DNA of 63,493 nucleotides, counting the filler, from Chlamydiia bacterium (GTDB lineage: Bacteria; Chlamydiota; Chlamydiia; Chlamydiales; FEN-1388): assembly GCA_903848235.1 (NCBI GenBank). It is 5 parts of 5 records of this genome, joined end to end, with 100 filler letters (N's around TTAATTAATTAA, not from the genome) between each part and the next. Parts side by side here need not be neighbours in the genome. Positions count along the whole stretch, not along the records: positions 1 to 15,634 come from CAINFV010000164.1; positions 15,735 to 31,823 come from CAINFV010000166.1; 3 more parts are not named here. One strand, written 5' to 3'. The position numbers were made by a program, and so were the translations under genes. Under the pieces are notes generated by a model. That model had not been told where the DNA came from and made no database searches. It worked only from the letters and a program-made list of their open reading frames with translations. Below, in pieces: positions 9,369 to 20,100 of the stretch (position 1 is its first letter; every line of letters begins with the position of its first letter).

Positions 9369-11969
9369 ATGAGCGACACCCCCTCTATTCCCCTCTCGCT
9401 AAGCGAGCCCGATACCATCCAATCTATGGTCCAGACCATCACTCGTCTATATCAAGACGATAGAGCCTGGAAAGCCCTCATTGAATGGGGAATAGTCTCT
9501 CCTGGAAAAACACGGTTCACCGAACACCAACTGACGCACATATACGAAAGGCTAATTCATCTTGTGGGATGCCTGCGAGCACTTCCTGCCCAAGAGATGC
9601 GGTCGTATCGCGAGTTCTCTGACATAGCAATCATTCAAACACCGGAACTGCTCAAAGCATACCTTCTCATCGCCTCTGATGAGACAGCTCTGTTCTGCCT
9701 CCTCGGTGGATCAACAGAAATTGCAGAATTTCTCCGCCCGAAGATGAATGCATCGACGCATGACCTCCTCGGGCAGGTACGGGAGTGGCTTGCAAACCCA
9801 GAAAACGCCGCAACCTGTAAAGAATTTCACCTCGGAGATCTCGACGGACGTCTAATCAGAAAGCTCCCCGAAGAGCTCTGCTGGCTCACCGAACTTCATA
9901 CCTGCGTACTCAACCTTTCAAGCCTTACCTATTTTTCTTTCGACCATTTCAGATTTGACTCACTTCAACTGTTGACCATTCACGCTCCAAACCTCACCTC
10001 CCTTCAGGGGAATGTGTGGGGCATACAATCCCTAAAAGCCCTCCACCTCACCTGCCCTCGGCTGATCGAAATTCCACGGCAATTAGGAGAACTCCCCTCC
10101 CTAGAAGAACTCTCTCTTTCTACGGCCACATTACAAGATCTTCCAGAATCCATCGGCTCTCTACGGAACTTACGGTCATTAAAAGTGACCAGCAGCTCCC
10201 TCCACAGGCTTCCCCATACCATAGGAAACCTCTCAAAGCTCAACGAACTATCCTTAATCGTCAGTCACGCTGAGGCATTGCCGGATTCAATAGGAGCCCT
10301 CACCGAGCTGAAGAGCTTCGTCCTTCATGCTCAGGGCATACATGCCCTCCCTCGGGAAATAGGACGGCTCTCTTCATTGCACACACTGGAAATCTGTGCC
10401 GATAGTCTTGGCAATCTCCCCTCAGAGATAGGCCAACTGACGCACCTGGAGAAAATGATTATTCGAGCCAAGAGCCTGCATACGCTTCCTCATGAGATAA
10501 GCCGTCTTCGATCGCTGACCTCTCTTCACCTCTCCGGAGATTTTGAAGGGATCCCAGAGATTGTTTTTGACATCAACTCGCTCGAGCACCTCGCCATTGA
10601 CTCCCCTCCTCTTCGCTCTCTTCCCGCTTCCATCAGCCGCCTGTCCAACCTCTGCCAACTCCATATCGCTGGAGGATTAACATCGATTCCTGCTGAAATT
10701 GGGAAGCTCTCTTCCTTAGAAGTGTTGATACTGAAAGGCGGCTTGATATCCGAAGTGCCACAGGAAATAGGACAGCTCAGATCCTTACAGCTCTTCGAGC
10801 TAGAATGCCCCTATCTAGAAACCCTTCCTGATTCTATTGGTCTCTGCTGCTCCTTGAAAGCAATACGGCTGAAGAGATGCTATTCTTTCGGTATTCTCCC
10901 CTCTTCTATTGGCAAGCTCCAAAACCTCGAAGAGGTCGAACTCGACTGTGCAGCACTTCCTGAACTTCCTATTGAACTCGGACAACTCATTCGCCTGGAA
11001 TCCTTGGATATCTCCTCATCTCATCTGACATCTCTTCCCTCCCACCTCCGCCATCTCTCCTCCCTTCGCACGCTTGTTCTTGCTACGCCTCGCCTAAGAA
11101 CCTTCTCTCCAGAACTAGGACATCTGCATTCCCTGCAATGGCTTGAGATTGCAAGCCAAGACCTCTGCTCGCTTCCAAAAACGATTGGAGAGCTCCGTAA
11201 TCTTGAGGTTCTCAAACTCGATTGTCCGTCCCTCCATGCCCTGCCAGAAGAGCTTGGCAGCCTCTCCCACCTTCAGTGGTTTGAGCTCAAAGGAAACAGG
11301 CTGCGATCCATGCCAGGAACCCTCAAAACACTGCAACGCCTGGAAGTGCTGAAAATAGAAGCTCCGTACCTCACTGCTCTCCCGACAGATGTAAATCTGC
11401 TTCAACGTCTGCAGTGGCTTTCTATTACAGCTCCCATCACCGCTCTGCCGCCAGTTGAAAATTTGACAGCATTAACACGCATCACCATCGAAAGTAATGC
11501 CTTACGGTCATTTCCGATTGGCATTGAACATCTCCCTCTTTTAGAAAGCATCGAACTGACATGTCCCCATCTTTCGTCAATTCCGGTGACCATAGCTCTC
11601 TTCAAGTCTCTTCGAGGACTTGTCCTCAACTGCAGAAATCTCAACGCACTGCCTAAGGAGATCGGAACTCTTAGAGAGCTTCGGCATCTTGAAGTGGCAA
11701 GCCCATTGATGACGTCTCTGCCTCAAGAAATTGCCAACCTCTTTCGATTAGAACGGCTCAGCATCACCTGCTTGAATCTTGAGTCCCTCCCAGCTCTAAA
11801 TAGGCTGCCAGTGCTCAGAAGACTCAAGGTAGTCTGTTCTACTCCCCAATCCGTCGTGCGGTCGCTACAACGACTCACCGTTGACGATATTGTAATCGCC
11901 GTGGGAGGAGAGAAAACAGACCTTATGTTATGGGGAAGAAACGACGAGCCATATTGGCCAATACGCTAA
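9369..11969 (+). CDS. Leucine-rich repeat protein, candidate secreted effector
   Basis: Roughly 28 repeats of ~23 aa (LxxLPxEIGxLxxLxxLxL) after a ~190-aa unique N-terminus; likely start MSDTPSIP at 9369. Confidence 0.9.
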   Translation: MSDTPSIPLSLSEPDTIQSMVQTITRLYQDDRAWKALIEWGIVSPGKTRFTEHQLTHIYERLIHLVGCLRALPAQEMRSYREFSDIAIIQTPELLKAYLLIASDETALFCLLGGSTEIAEFLRPKMNASTHDLLGQVREWLANPENAATCKEFHLGDLDGRLIRKLPEELCWLTELHTCVLNLSSLTYFSFDHFRFDSLQLLTIHAPNLTSLQGNVWGIQSLKALHLTCPRLIEIPRQLGELPSLEELSLSTATLQDLPESIGSLRNLRSLKVTSSSLHRLPHTIGNLSKLNELSLIVSHAEALPDSIGALTELKSFVLHAQGIHALPREIGRLSSLHTLEICADSLGNLPSEIGQLTHLEKMIIRAKSLHTLPHEISRLRSLTSLHLSGDFEGIPEIVFDINSLEHLAIDSPPLRSLPASISRLSNLCQLHIAGGLTSIPAEIGKLSSLEVLILKGGLISEVPQEIGQLRSLQLFELECPYLETLPDSIGLCCSLKAIRLKRCYSFGILPSSIGKLQNLEEVELDCAALPELPIELGQLIRLESLDISSSHLTSLPSHLRHLSSLRTLVLATPRLRTFSPELGHLHSLQWLEIASQDLCSLPKTIGELRNLEVLKLDCPSLHALPEELGSLSHLQWFELKGNRLRSMPGTLKTLQRLEVLKIEAPYLTALPTDVNLLQRLQWLSITAPITALPPVENLTALTRITIESNALRSFPIGIEHLPLLESIELTCPHLSSIPVTIALFKSLRGLVLNCRNLNALPKEIGTLRELRHLEVASPLMTSLPQEIANLFRLERLSITCLNLESLPALNRLPVLRRLKVVCSTPQSVVRSLQRLTVDDIVIAVGGEKTDLMLWGRNDEPYWPIR

Positions 11970-11980
11970 GACTTCTAAAA

Positions 11981-12012
11981 AGCCTTCTGCTCATAATCTC
12001 GAGCAGAAAGCT
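11981..12012. terminator. Hairpin between convergent genes
   Basis: Stem ttctgctc / gagcagaa. Confidence 0.5.
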
Positions 12013-12409
12013 ACTTTTGGACTGAAGATTGGACCATCTGGTTAACGATCACTTTGTGGCACTGGAGAAGACGATCCCCAACGTCAAGAACTCGAACAAT
12101 CGTCGGAAGGTTGTCTTGAGAAGCTCGTTCAATTGAAGGCTTTAAATCACAAATGGATTTCAAGGCAGCGCTGACCCCTGCAGCCACCTTCACTTTCAGA
12201 GAGCTATTCGTATCTTGTTGAACCCAGCGGTGCAACTGACAGACCGTTTTTTCGACAGTGGCCAAGGTTGGCTCATCTGGCGTTAAGGCACACGAAAGGG
12301 TTTGCGTAAGATTTGCAAGATCTCGCAGCCATTGCTCAGGATCTTGATCAAGGGGCTTCGTATTAAAAGACATATCCATGAAAATAACCTCAACGAAAAC
12401 TGAGGCCAT
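12011..12409 (-). CDS. Hypothetical helical protein
   Basis: 132-aa ORF (start may be at the GAGG-preceded MDMS) downstream of an AT-rich promoter-like region. Confidence 0.6.
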   Translation of the reverse strand: MASVFVEVIFMDMSFNTKPLDQDPEQWLRDLANLTQTLSCALTPDEPTLATVEKTVCQLHRWVQQDTNSSLKVKVAAGVSAALKSICDLKPSIERASQDNLPTIVRVLDVGDRLLQCHKVIVNQMVQSSVQK

Positions 12410-12481
12410 TATTATATCTAATTATGAATTTTCTGTAAAGAATATGCGTTTTAAAATTTTAATAGTCGCTTTATGATTCAA

Positions 12482-13528
12482 TTAATCGTTCGTTGAGTAT
12501 ATTCGAACAAGCCGTCCGTCCGGATCTTTGACGACAGCAACAAAGACGTCACCTTCCACCATCGGCGCGGTCACAAGACGACCCGCTTTCTTTCGACACC
12601 AGGCAACGGCCGCACGAAACTGATGTGTTGGCATGGCAACAGAGAACATGGATGCAACAGATGCCATAGGTCTATCGACGCGAAGAAATGTCAAAGAAAA
12701 AGCTCCACAAGAAAAAGAAGCGGTCTGCGCATCTCCTTCAGGCAAGATCCCTAAAACATGCTCATAGAAACGAAGTACATCGTCAAAATACATCGAGGGC
12801 TCTACCAGCTTCCGGACAGAAATCCCCTCACCGACGGCCTGAGGAGAAACAAGAAACTCCTGGGCCACAAGATCTGGACGACGCTTGAGGGTATGCTCCA
12901 AGGCCTGGGTCCTACGCCACCGAGCAATCTTCTCATGATCTCCGCTCAGCAACACCTCCGGGACTTCTTTTCCTTCGAACACCCTTGGCTGAGTATAGTG
13001 CGCGTGGTCGAAGAGCCCCTTCTCAAAAGAATCTTCCGCTGCCGCCTCTTCATTCCCCAATACCCCGGGAATAAAACGAGCCACAACATCGATCAGAACA
13101 AGAGCCGCTAAGCATCCGTTCGTCAGCACGTAATCCCCAATACTGATCTCTTGATCGACATCTGCATCGATTGCCCGCTGGTCAATGCCCTCATAATGCC
13201 CACACAGAAGAATCAAATGGGAAACCGTCGCCAGCTCCTTGGCAAGCGTTGGCGTCAGCATCTGCCCTTGGGGCGTTAGGTACACAACACGAGAATCGGG
13301 CGTACGGCATGAACGGATAGCGGCGGCAACAGGCTCTGCCATCATCACCATGCCAGGGCCGCCACCAAATGACCGGTCGTCAACACGAGAATCTTTACGA
13401 GTGGAAAACGCGCGGATATCAACGTTCGATATCCGCACAAGATCGTTTTGAATAGCACGCTTGAGAATGCTCTCGTGAAGAGGTCCCTCAATATACGAGG
13501 GGAATAGTGAGAGCACCTCTATGTGCAT
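12482..13528 (-). CDS. trmD: tRNA (guanine-N1)-methyltransferase with a C-terminal VOC/glyoxalase-like domain
   Basis: Start MHIEVLSLFP; VDDRSFGGGPGMVM, CGHYEGID and SIGDYVLTNG motifs; tail contains RFYEHVLG...KDPDGRLVRI. Confidence 0.95.
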   Translation of the reverse strand: MHIEVLSLFPSYIEGPLHESILKRAIQNDLVRISNVDIRAFSTRKDSRVDDRSFGGGPGMVMMAEPVAAAIRSCRTPDSRVVYLTPQGQMLTPTLAKELATVSHLILLCGHYEGIDQRAIDADVDQEISIGDYVLTNGCLAALVLIDVVARFIPGVLGNEEAAAEDSFEKGLFDHAHYTQPRVFEGKEVPEVLLSGDHEKIARWRRTQALEHTLKRRPDLVAQEFLVSPQAVGEGISVRKLVEPSMYFDDVLRFYEHVLGILPEGDAQTASFSCGAFSLTFLRVDRPMASVASMFSVAMPTHQFRAAVAWCRKKAGRLVTAPMVEGDVFVAVVKDPDGRLVRIYSTND

Positions 13529-13532
13529 TGCT

Positions 13533-13850
13533 TTACGCTGCGTGGCGCTTGGCGGCTCTGCGAGTGCGTCGAGCATCAAGCCGGAGTGAGTGTTCACGAT
13601 AGGCAGTCGGGGTTGCCTTCTTCGCAACAGCCGCTACGGTCTGTGTCATCTGTGCACCAACGGACAGCCAGTGCTGGATTCGGTCTTCCCGAATCATCCA
13701 CTGCTGTTCAACGGTTTTTCCACATGGATTGTACCAGCCAATCGCTTCTACATATTTCCCATCTCGCGGTGAGCGGCTGTCCGCAACAACAACGCGATAG
13801 CTCGTTTTGTTCGCGCAACCTTGTTGCCACAACCGAATCTTCAACGCCAT
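13533..13850 (-). CDS. rpsP: 30S ribosomal protein S16
   Basis: MALKIRL...YRVVVADSRSPRDGKYVEAIGWYNP. Confidence 0.97.
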   Translation of the reverse strand: MALKIRLWQQGCANKTSYRVVVADSRSPRDGKYVEAIGWYNPCGKTVEQQWMIREDRIQHWLSVGAQMTQTVAAVAKKATPTAYREHSLRLDARRTRRAAKRHAA

Positions 13851-15166
13851 AAACCTCCTCCCATCATCTTTTCTAACTGCTTCATTTTTGGTGCATTCTT
13901 AAAAAACTGTTTTGCCTGCTTCATTGTCTTTATCAGGCGATTTACATCATCAATTGTTGTGCCGCTGCCACTTGCAATTCGCTTCCTGCGGCCTACCGTC
14001 AACTCGCACGCGTCATCTCGCTCTTCGAGCGTCATCGACAAAATAATCGACTCAGCCTTCACAAGCTCTGAGTCGCCACTGTCAATCGGCAACTTCGAGG
14101 CTCCTGGGAGCATCGACAAAAGCCCTTTGACAGATCCCATCTTTTTTATCATGCGAAGTTGACTGAGAAAATCTCCAAAGGAGAACTCAGAACGACGCAA
14201 CTTCCTTTCAAGCTCTTTAGCATCCGCTTCCTGAATATGCTCTTGCGCCTGCCGCACGAAGTTAATGGTATCCCCCATCCCAAGGATGCGGTCTGCCATT
14301 GACACTGGGTGGAACGGGCGGATATCGCCAAGCCGTTCTCCATGGCCTTCAAACAGTATAGGCTTCTTCGTCACCTCTACGACAGAAATCGCGGCACCAC
14401 CTCTCGCCGAACCATCGAGCATCGTCAAGCATGATCCTGTCACACCAATCTGCTCTGCAAAAGCCGACGCCGTTCTCACCGCATCTTGCCCTGTAGCAGC
14501 ATTCAGCGTCAGCACCACGTGGTGAGGACGAGCAGCCTCCTTTACTAAGAATAGCTCCCGCATCAGCTCATCATCGATATGTAGACGCCCAGCCGTATCA
14601 AAAATCAGAAGATCCCACATATGCTTCGGCGCTTCAAACATCGCCTCTTGGACCACGCGCACTGGATTTTTCTCGCCAGGGAGCGTAAAGCAGTCAACGC
14701 CAGCTTGTCGTGCTAGAGTTGACAGCTGATCTACAGCAGCAGGACGAGCAAGATCGCAAGCCACTAAACATGGCCGGCGAAACCCCTTCTTTTCCTTCAG
14801 GAACATCGCTATCTTCGCTGCATGGGTCGTCTTCCCGGAACCCTGTAAGCCGCATAAGAGAATCCGTGCCGGACGCTCATGCATCACAAATTCTTTTTCT
14901 TCCGCCCCAAGAAGAGAGACTAACTCCTCATGGACGATCTTCACAAAGAGTTGTCCAGGAGAGACCGACGATATCAGCTTTTGCCCTATCGCCTTGTCTT
15001 TCACCCGTTTTACAAACGTCTTCACAACGCCATACTGAACGTCAGCATCCAGCAGCGCAAGTCGCACTTCGTCAATCGCTTCCTGAACATTATCCTCAGT
15101 CAGAGCTTTCGCCCGTATGAACTTGGAGAATATCCCCTGGAACTTTTCAGCAAGAGCAGAAAACAT
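13841..15166 (-). CDS. ffh: Signal recognition particle protein
   Basis: GLQGSGKTT, DTAGR, DGSARGGA and an M domain with RIASGSG. Confidence 0.97.
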   Translation of the reverse strand: MFSALAEKFQGIFSKFIRAKALTEDNVQEAIDEVRLALLDADVQYGVVKTFVKRVKDKAIGQKLISSVSPGQLFVKIVHEELVSLLGAEEKEFVMHERPARILLCGLQGSGKTTHAAKIAMFLKEKKGFRRPCLVACDLARPAAVDQLSTLARQAGVDCFTLPGEKNPVRVVQEAMFEAPKHMWDLLIFDTAGRLHIDDELMRELFLVKEAARPHHVVLTLNAATGQDAVRTASAFAEQIGVTGSCLTMLDGSARGGAAISVVEVTKKPILFEGHGERLGDIRPFHPVSMADRILGMGDTINFVRQAQEHIQEADAKELERKLRRSEFSFGDFLSQLRMIKKMGSVKGLLSMLPGASKLPIDSGDSELVKAESIILSMTLEERDDACELTVGRRKRIASGSGTTIDDVNRLIKTMKQAKQFFKNAPKMKQLEKMMGGGLWR

Positions 15167-15322
15167 GTGAAAGCCACTCGTCTAAATCAAGGCGATTATT
15201 ATACCTCTACCCGCGATTTATTTCACTCTGAAGAATGGATTCAAAAGAAGAGCACATAGATAATGCTCTCCCCCAGCACCCAATGCGGGACCTGCCGTAT
15301 CAGGAAGTTGCACACAGCCTCT

Positions 15323-15486
15323 AACTGGACTTTAGCATTTTTGGGGCGCCGAGTTCGCAGAGCGTTCTCTTTCAGGCGATTGCATTTATCATAGATGGTC
15401 CTGGGTTAGGCCATCTATGATAAATGCAAGAAGTCTGAGAGAGAACGAATGCGAAATCGGCGCCCCAAAAATGCTAAAGCCCAGTT
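15323..15486. mobile_element. MITE family A, full ~164-bp palindromic copy
   Basis: Ends aactggactttagcatttttggggcgccga / tcggcgccccaaaaatgctaaagcccagtt; core tgcatttatcatagatgg...ccatctatgataaatgca. Confidence 0.8.
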
Positions 15487-15634
15487 TAACACATTTACCA
15501 CGAAAAAACATGTAGCCGCGACACCCCTCTTCACATCTCAAAAGAGAGAGATTGTGGTCTTTTCTTGACACTAGTCAGGACGAAAAAGATCCATCTGGGA
15601 TACGCTGTTAATATACCTGGACTTGTTCAAGAAA

Positions 15635-15734
15635 NNNNNNNNNNNNNNNNNNNNNNNNNNNNNNNNNNNNNNNNNNNNTTAATTAATTAANNNNNNNNNN
15701 NNNNNNNNNNNNNNNNNNNNNNNNNNNNNNNNNN
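15635..15734. other. Artificial contig spacer
   Basis: N44-TTAATTAATTAA-N44. Confidence 0.98.
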
Positions 15735-16811
15735 CCCTTTTTGTCCCTTATCTTTGACGACAGGGATCGTTTTTGAATGAGGCCCACTCCCCTGTTTTTT
15801 GGCAACTTTCTCAGACTCTTTAGCCGATGTTGCTGGAGAGACTAACTCGGGAATAGGTATATCAGTAAGAAGTGCCACATCCTGACTGGCGGACTGCCCT
15901 TGGGAATGTGAGTTGACTAAGGCCTCTTTATATTTCTGCCCTGCTGGAGGACCAGCAAATTTAAGGCGATCGGACTCACGTTTATCGCTGTATCTTTTGA
16001 AGGCGTCAACGAGGGACGTTTCAAGTAATCGGTCATCACCGTTGGCCAATTCATCAAAATTTTCTAAGTTCTGGAGACACCAGGATGCAAGAGGCTTGCT
16101 GTCGCCATTAGATGCTGCTGCAACACGCTGCACAAAATCATTAACGACTGGATTCAGACATGCTGCATTTCCAGTGACGGAAGCTGCCCCTCGAACTGCG
16201 GTTGAAACGAGGACTTTCGGATCGCCTCTTACGTCAGTGCGTAGTGACGCTGCAAGCGTATCAAGCCCTAATTTCTTTTGGGTTTCAGGGGGCACCATAT
16301 CTATTGCATCAGCTAAGTTCGAAGCGACAAATGTGGTGGGAGCGCCTTCAAGAAGGGCTTCTGCAGGTCGTGCGCCGACATATGCGACGTCTCTGAAAAA
16401 CTGTACAAGATGTTGAGACATGATGACGCGTTCTCTTGAATGCTCTGATGGGCCAGTGGAGACAGAGATCCCGTCAAAGTCTAATGCCTCGTTGACCTGA
16501 GCCAGCAGCGAAGCATCCTCAGAGGGCAGTTTATCATCAGGGATCACTATCTTTCGCGGTAGTGCGCCATCAATTTTTTCCAGCACCGTCACAACAACTT
16601 GTACCGCTGGAATAGGAATAAGATTTTTTAGAGAACTATTTGCAACGCCTATAACCTTATCGGCGGCTACATCTGAGACGGTGGCAAGGAATGTTTTGCC
16701 ATCGTCAGCAGCTTCGGCACCGTTCGCTACAGCATCAGATAAATCCGAGCTATGTGAGAGAAGGAGCTCTACAGGATCGGGACCCACGATGGAAGATGCA
16801 GAAGTGGACAT
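15735..16811 (-). CDS. Hypothetical protein, truncated at the contig end; effector candidate
   Basis: GGAGG RBS, Ser-rich N-terminus MSTSASS; open into the gap. Confidence 0.7.
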
Positions 16812-17147
16812 ATGCCTCCAGAAAGAAGGGGGGATTTTTGTGATTTCAGATTAGCAACCAGTTAATAGTACTGAATCAAAAGTTTTTGTGGAAACAGATT
16901 CGGAACGTTTATTTTGCCGACATGATATGAGACTTGTTTTAAAAAAACTCATGTTACGCACTTTTTATCACGCTTTCAATTATGTCGGAAAACGATTCCT
17001 TTCCTGCGACTACTCGTGAAATTGTATTTTTAAATCCATTTGATTATTTTAAGACATAACGACATTTACAATTATAATCATTTATATTAGAATCGTTTTT
17101 TTTAATTACACTACAATAAAAAACAATCACTGCAATAATAAGGCATT

Positions 17148-20100
17148 ATGTCTACTGCCAGAACTAGCGCCGAAGGCGCCGCATTAGCCCTTTCCCCGCA
17201 ATCTTTCCAGAACGAACCCGTACTTCAAGAACCTTGTGATTCACTACAGCATGTGTGTAGTCCGGCATCCAGCGGAGTGTCCGGGATAAGGCCGATTGAC
17301 ATATATGCCGAGGCACTTCAGAAGAAGATGCTTAGCTCGCAACTTGACATTTCAGAATTCATTTGTCACCACTCGCTATTAGCAGAAAAAGCAGTCCCGC
17401 CTCTCGATAGGAGAGCTTTGGCACATGTGCTTCTTGACTCAGAAGTACGCGGCACTCACCTCGAAGGGTGGTCGCAAAAAAAAGCGTGCCTTCTCATCTC
17501 GGAGATACTCAAAGCATACAGTTCATCAGTTAGAAGCGACCAACAGGACGAACTTTCAAAACTGGCTGCACTCTTTGCGGATGCCATCAACACGGAAGAC
17601 TTCATAAAAACATCAACGAATAGCGAACTATCAAAAGAGGATGTAGCTCTTTTTACTGAAGTTCTTGCGTCGAGAATCGACAGCAATAAACCCATGCTTA
17701 TCGCGGGCGGCTGGTGTGGAACCCCTACAGGACATGCTATCTACATGGAGATTCAACCCAACAAGCCGGGGTTGTTTAGTGTCATAGTCCATAATTCTGG
17801 CGATGGACTAGAGAAGTATCACCCCAGAATTACCGAGTCTGGCAGTCGCCTTTTCCTTCCCTTTCTCAAAAAACAAGATGTTTCCAGAGAAAGTCTTTTG
17901 GGGTATGGATTCATTCGCGGACTTCTAACGATAAAAAACGTAGACGTAGAATCGACCGATGAGGGGGATAAAAAGGTTGATTACACCGCAAAGGATTTTT
18001 ATGATGGCCTGCTTCAAACACTCGACGGGACATTTGAAAAACCAGAACCGGAGCAACTATTAGGACAACTTCGCAAGCTGTGCATAAGCGATCAGATTTC
18101 GGGAACTTGTACTTTTTCAGGCCTCATGGCCATGGCTCACACATCTCTCTCAGAGAAAAATTTCTCAACCCTTAAATACATGATTGGATGGAAGTCCATT
18201 GTAGGATTTTATCAATTCAATGAAGCTGACCTGAAAGCGTCGGAAGAGTCTCGAGAACTACTCTCAAGATCCGTCCGCATTTTTATACAACAATCGTTGA
18301 TAGATAACGATACAGGGCTTTTGGATGACTCGTCATTGATGTCTGCATACGCAACAGGCCAGGATATACTGAATCATCTGCAACAGTTTTCTGATAATCG
18401 GTCTGCACCTGCAAAATCTTTTACAGATCTAGGGACAGCCACGCTTCCTTCTACGAGCCTCCCTATCGAGTTGCGATCTCCCGCTGGTGGACCCGAAAAT
18501 GTGTCGGCCATAATTCCTACTAGCACGCTCTTGCGATTTGACCCCTTAAACGTTCCAGAGCCAATCAACTTTCTGAAGTATCTAAGAGGTCTAAATGCCA
18601 ATGTATCGAATTGGTTCTTTTGCAACCCATTCTATGCTCGGTTCTTTTTCGAAGAGTTTATAGAAAAACTCGACTTCCCTCACGCAGCTGATGATTATTG
18701 GTCGCAGATCCCAGCAGCTGACATTGAAGAATGTATTACTATTATCGCAAAGCTTACTGAAAAATATGTATGGGCCAGTCGACGACACGGGATAAGGGGG
18801 ACGGAAGAAGAGGACGTTATACTAGAATTCGACGTCAACAAAGCCACAGCTATTGTCCGAAAACTTTTGCTGCGAACAGACCCTAAGCTTGAGGGCAAGG
18901 TTCCGGCTTGCGATTGGAGTCCTAATGAGACTTTTTTACGAAGCGCGCCTCTTTCGTATAGAGAATCATCGAAATTACTAGAACAACCTGATGACGACAG
19001 CTTGAATGATGAACTTTCTCCTTTTTATCGGTATGCGAAGGATGACACTTCAGGGTCATATTTTTCTTGTATTAGCGAATACGTGGAGCAACATCCTGAA
19101 ATACAGGCTCGATTGGCCCGCGAAGGTGTAGAACCCGATAAGATGTCTAAAGTCTGCTATTGTGATGCAGATGGATCCATACTTCCACGATCTCTTGTCA
19201 GTTGGCACAGATTATCAGTGCTTGGTGATCTCATTGATAAGGAATTATCTTTCGACTCTTTTGCACGCAAAGACGTTGCGCCACATCATATTCGCACACT
19301 TCATTTCAACAGCCCTTGTGACACCCCTCTTCCCCTCATCTCCATCTATGATGCAAAAACTGACACGTTCTCCCCTGTGTCTGCCGAACACCTTACCATC
19401 CAAGCAACTATAACAGATTATCCGGACGCCCCCTTTCTTGCTGCCGCAAGGAAGCTAACGGAACCCGGGCAGGCAGAGCAGGAAGTTGTGAGATGCATGA
19501 TGGAGCGACAAGTTCCTCAACCTCAGCAGGTAATTTCTAATCTCGAAATGACAGAGTTCTTACATGCTATCTGCGGGGATCAAGCGTATGTCGACCCAGT
19601 CTCAGAAAAAGGACTGCCGCAAAGAATCATTCGCCTTCTAGCCTATGTACACGCCTCTTCTACGTCTCTGAAACAACCCGTTTTTCAGGATCTTATTCTC
19701 TCCATCGTGCAACAGGAGATTGAGGGTGCCATATGTATTCCCGACCTAGAAGGACACATCGAGCAAGTAGCCGATGCATGCTTAAAACTAAAACATGTGC
19801 ATGCCTGCTGTGTGGCAAGGCTTTTTGCTGTCTTTGCTGCTCTAGCACAGACTATAGAAAAACCAGAAAATGTTCTTGATGCATCGAACATCGTTCCTGA
19901 TAAGTTCTTCGAGACCCTTTTGGCACTATGCTCTAATCCAGAAGAAGCGTCTTTGGTACATAGAACATGGCTGGCCTGTTTTGCCACGCTATACGACAGT
20001 ACGATGATACCCGATGACATCCTTCCCACCATCTTGATGTCTAAGATGATTCTTGCTCAACGTCCAGCTCCAAAGAGCTTTCTCGACCGAAGAGTTGAGA

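Noticed and set aside
15260..15322. Possible SRP RNA upstream of ffh
   Set aside because: The conserved SRP domain IV motif (CAGG..GNRA..AGCA) is absent
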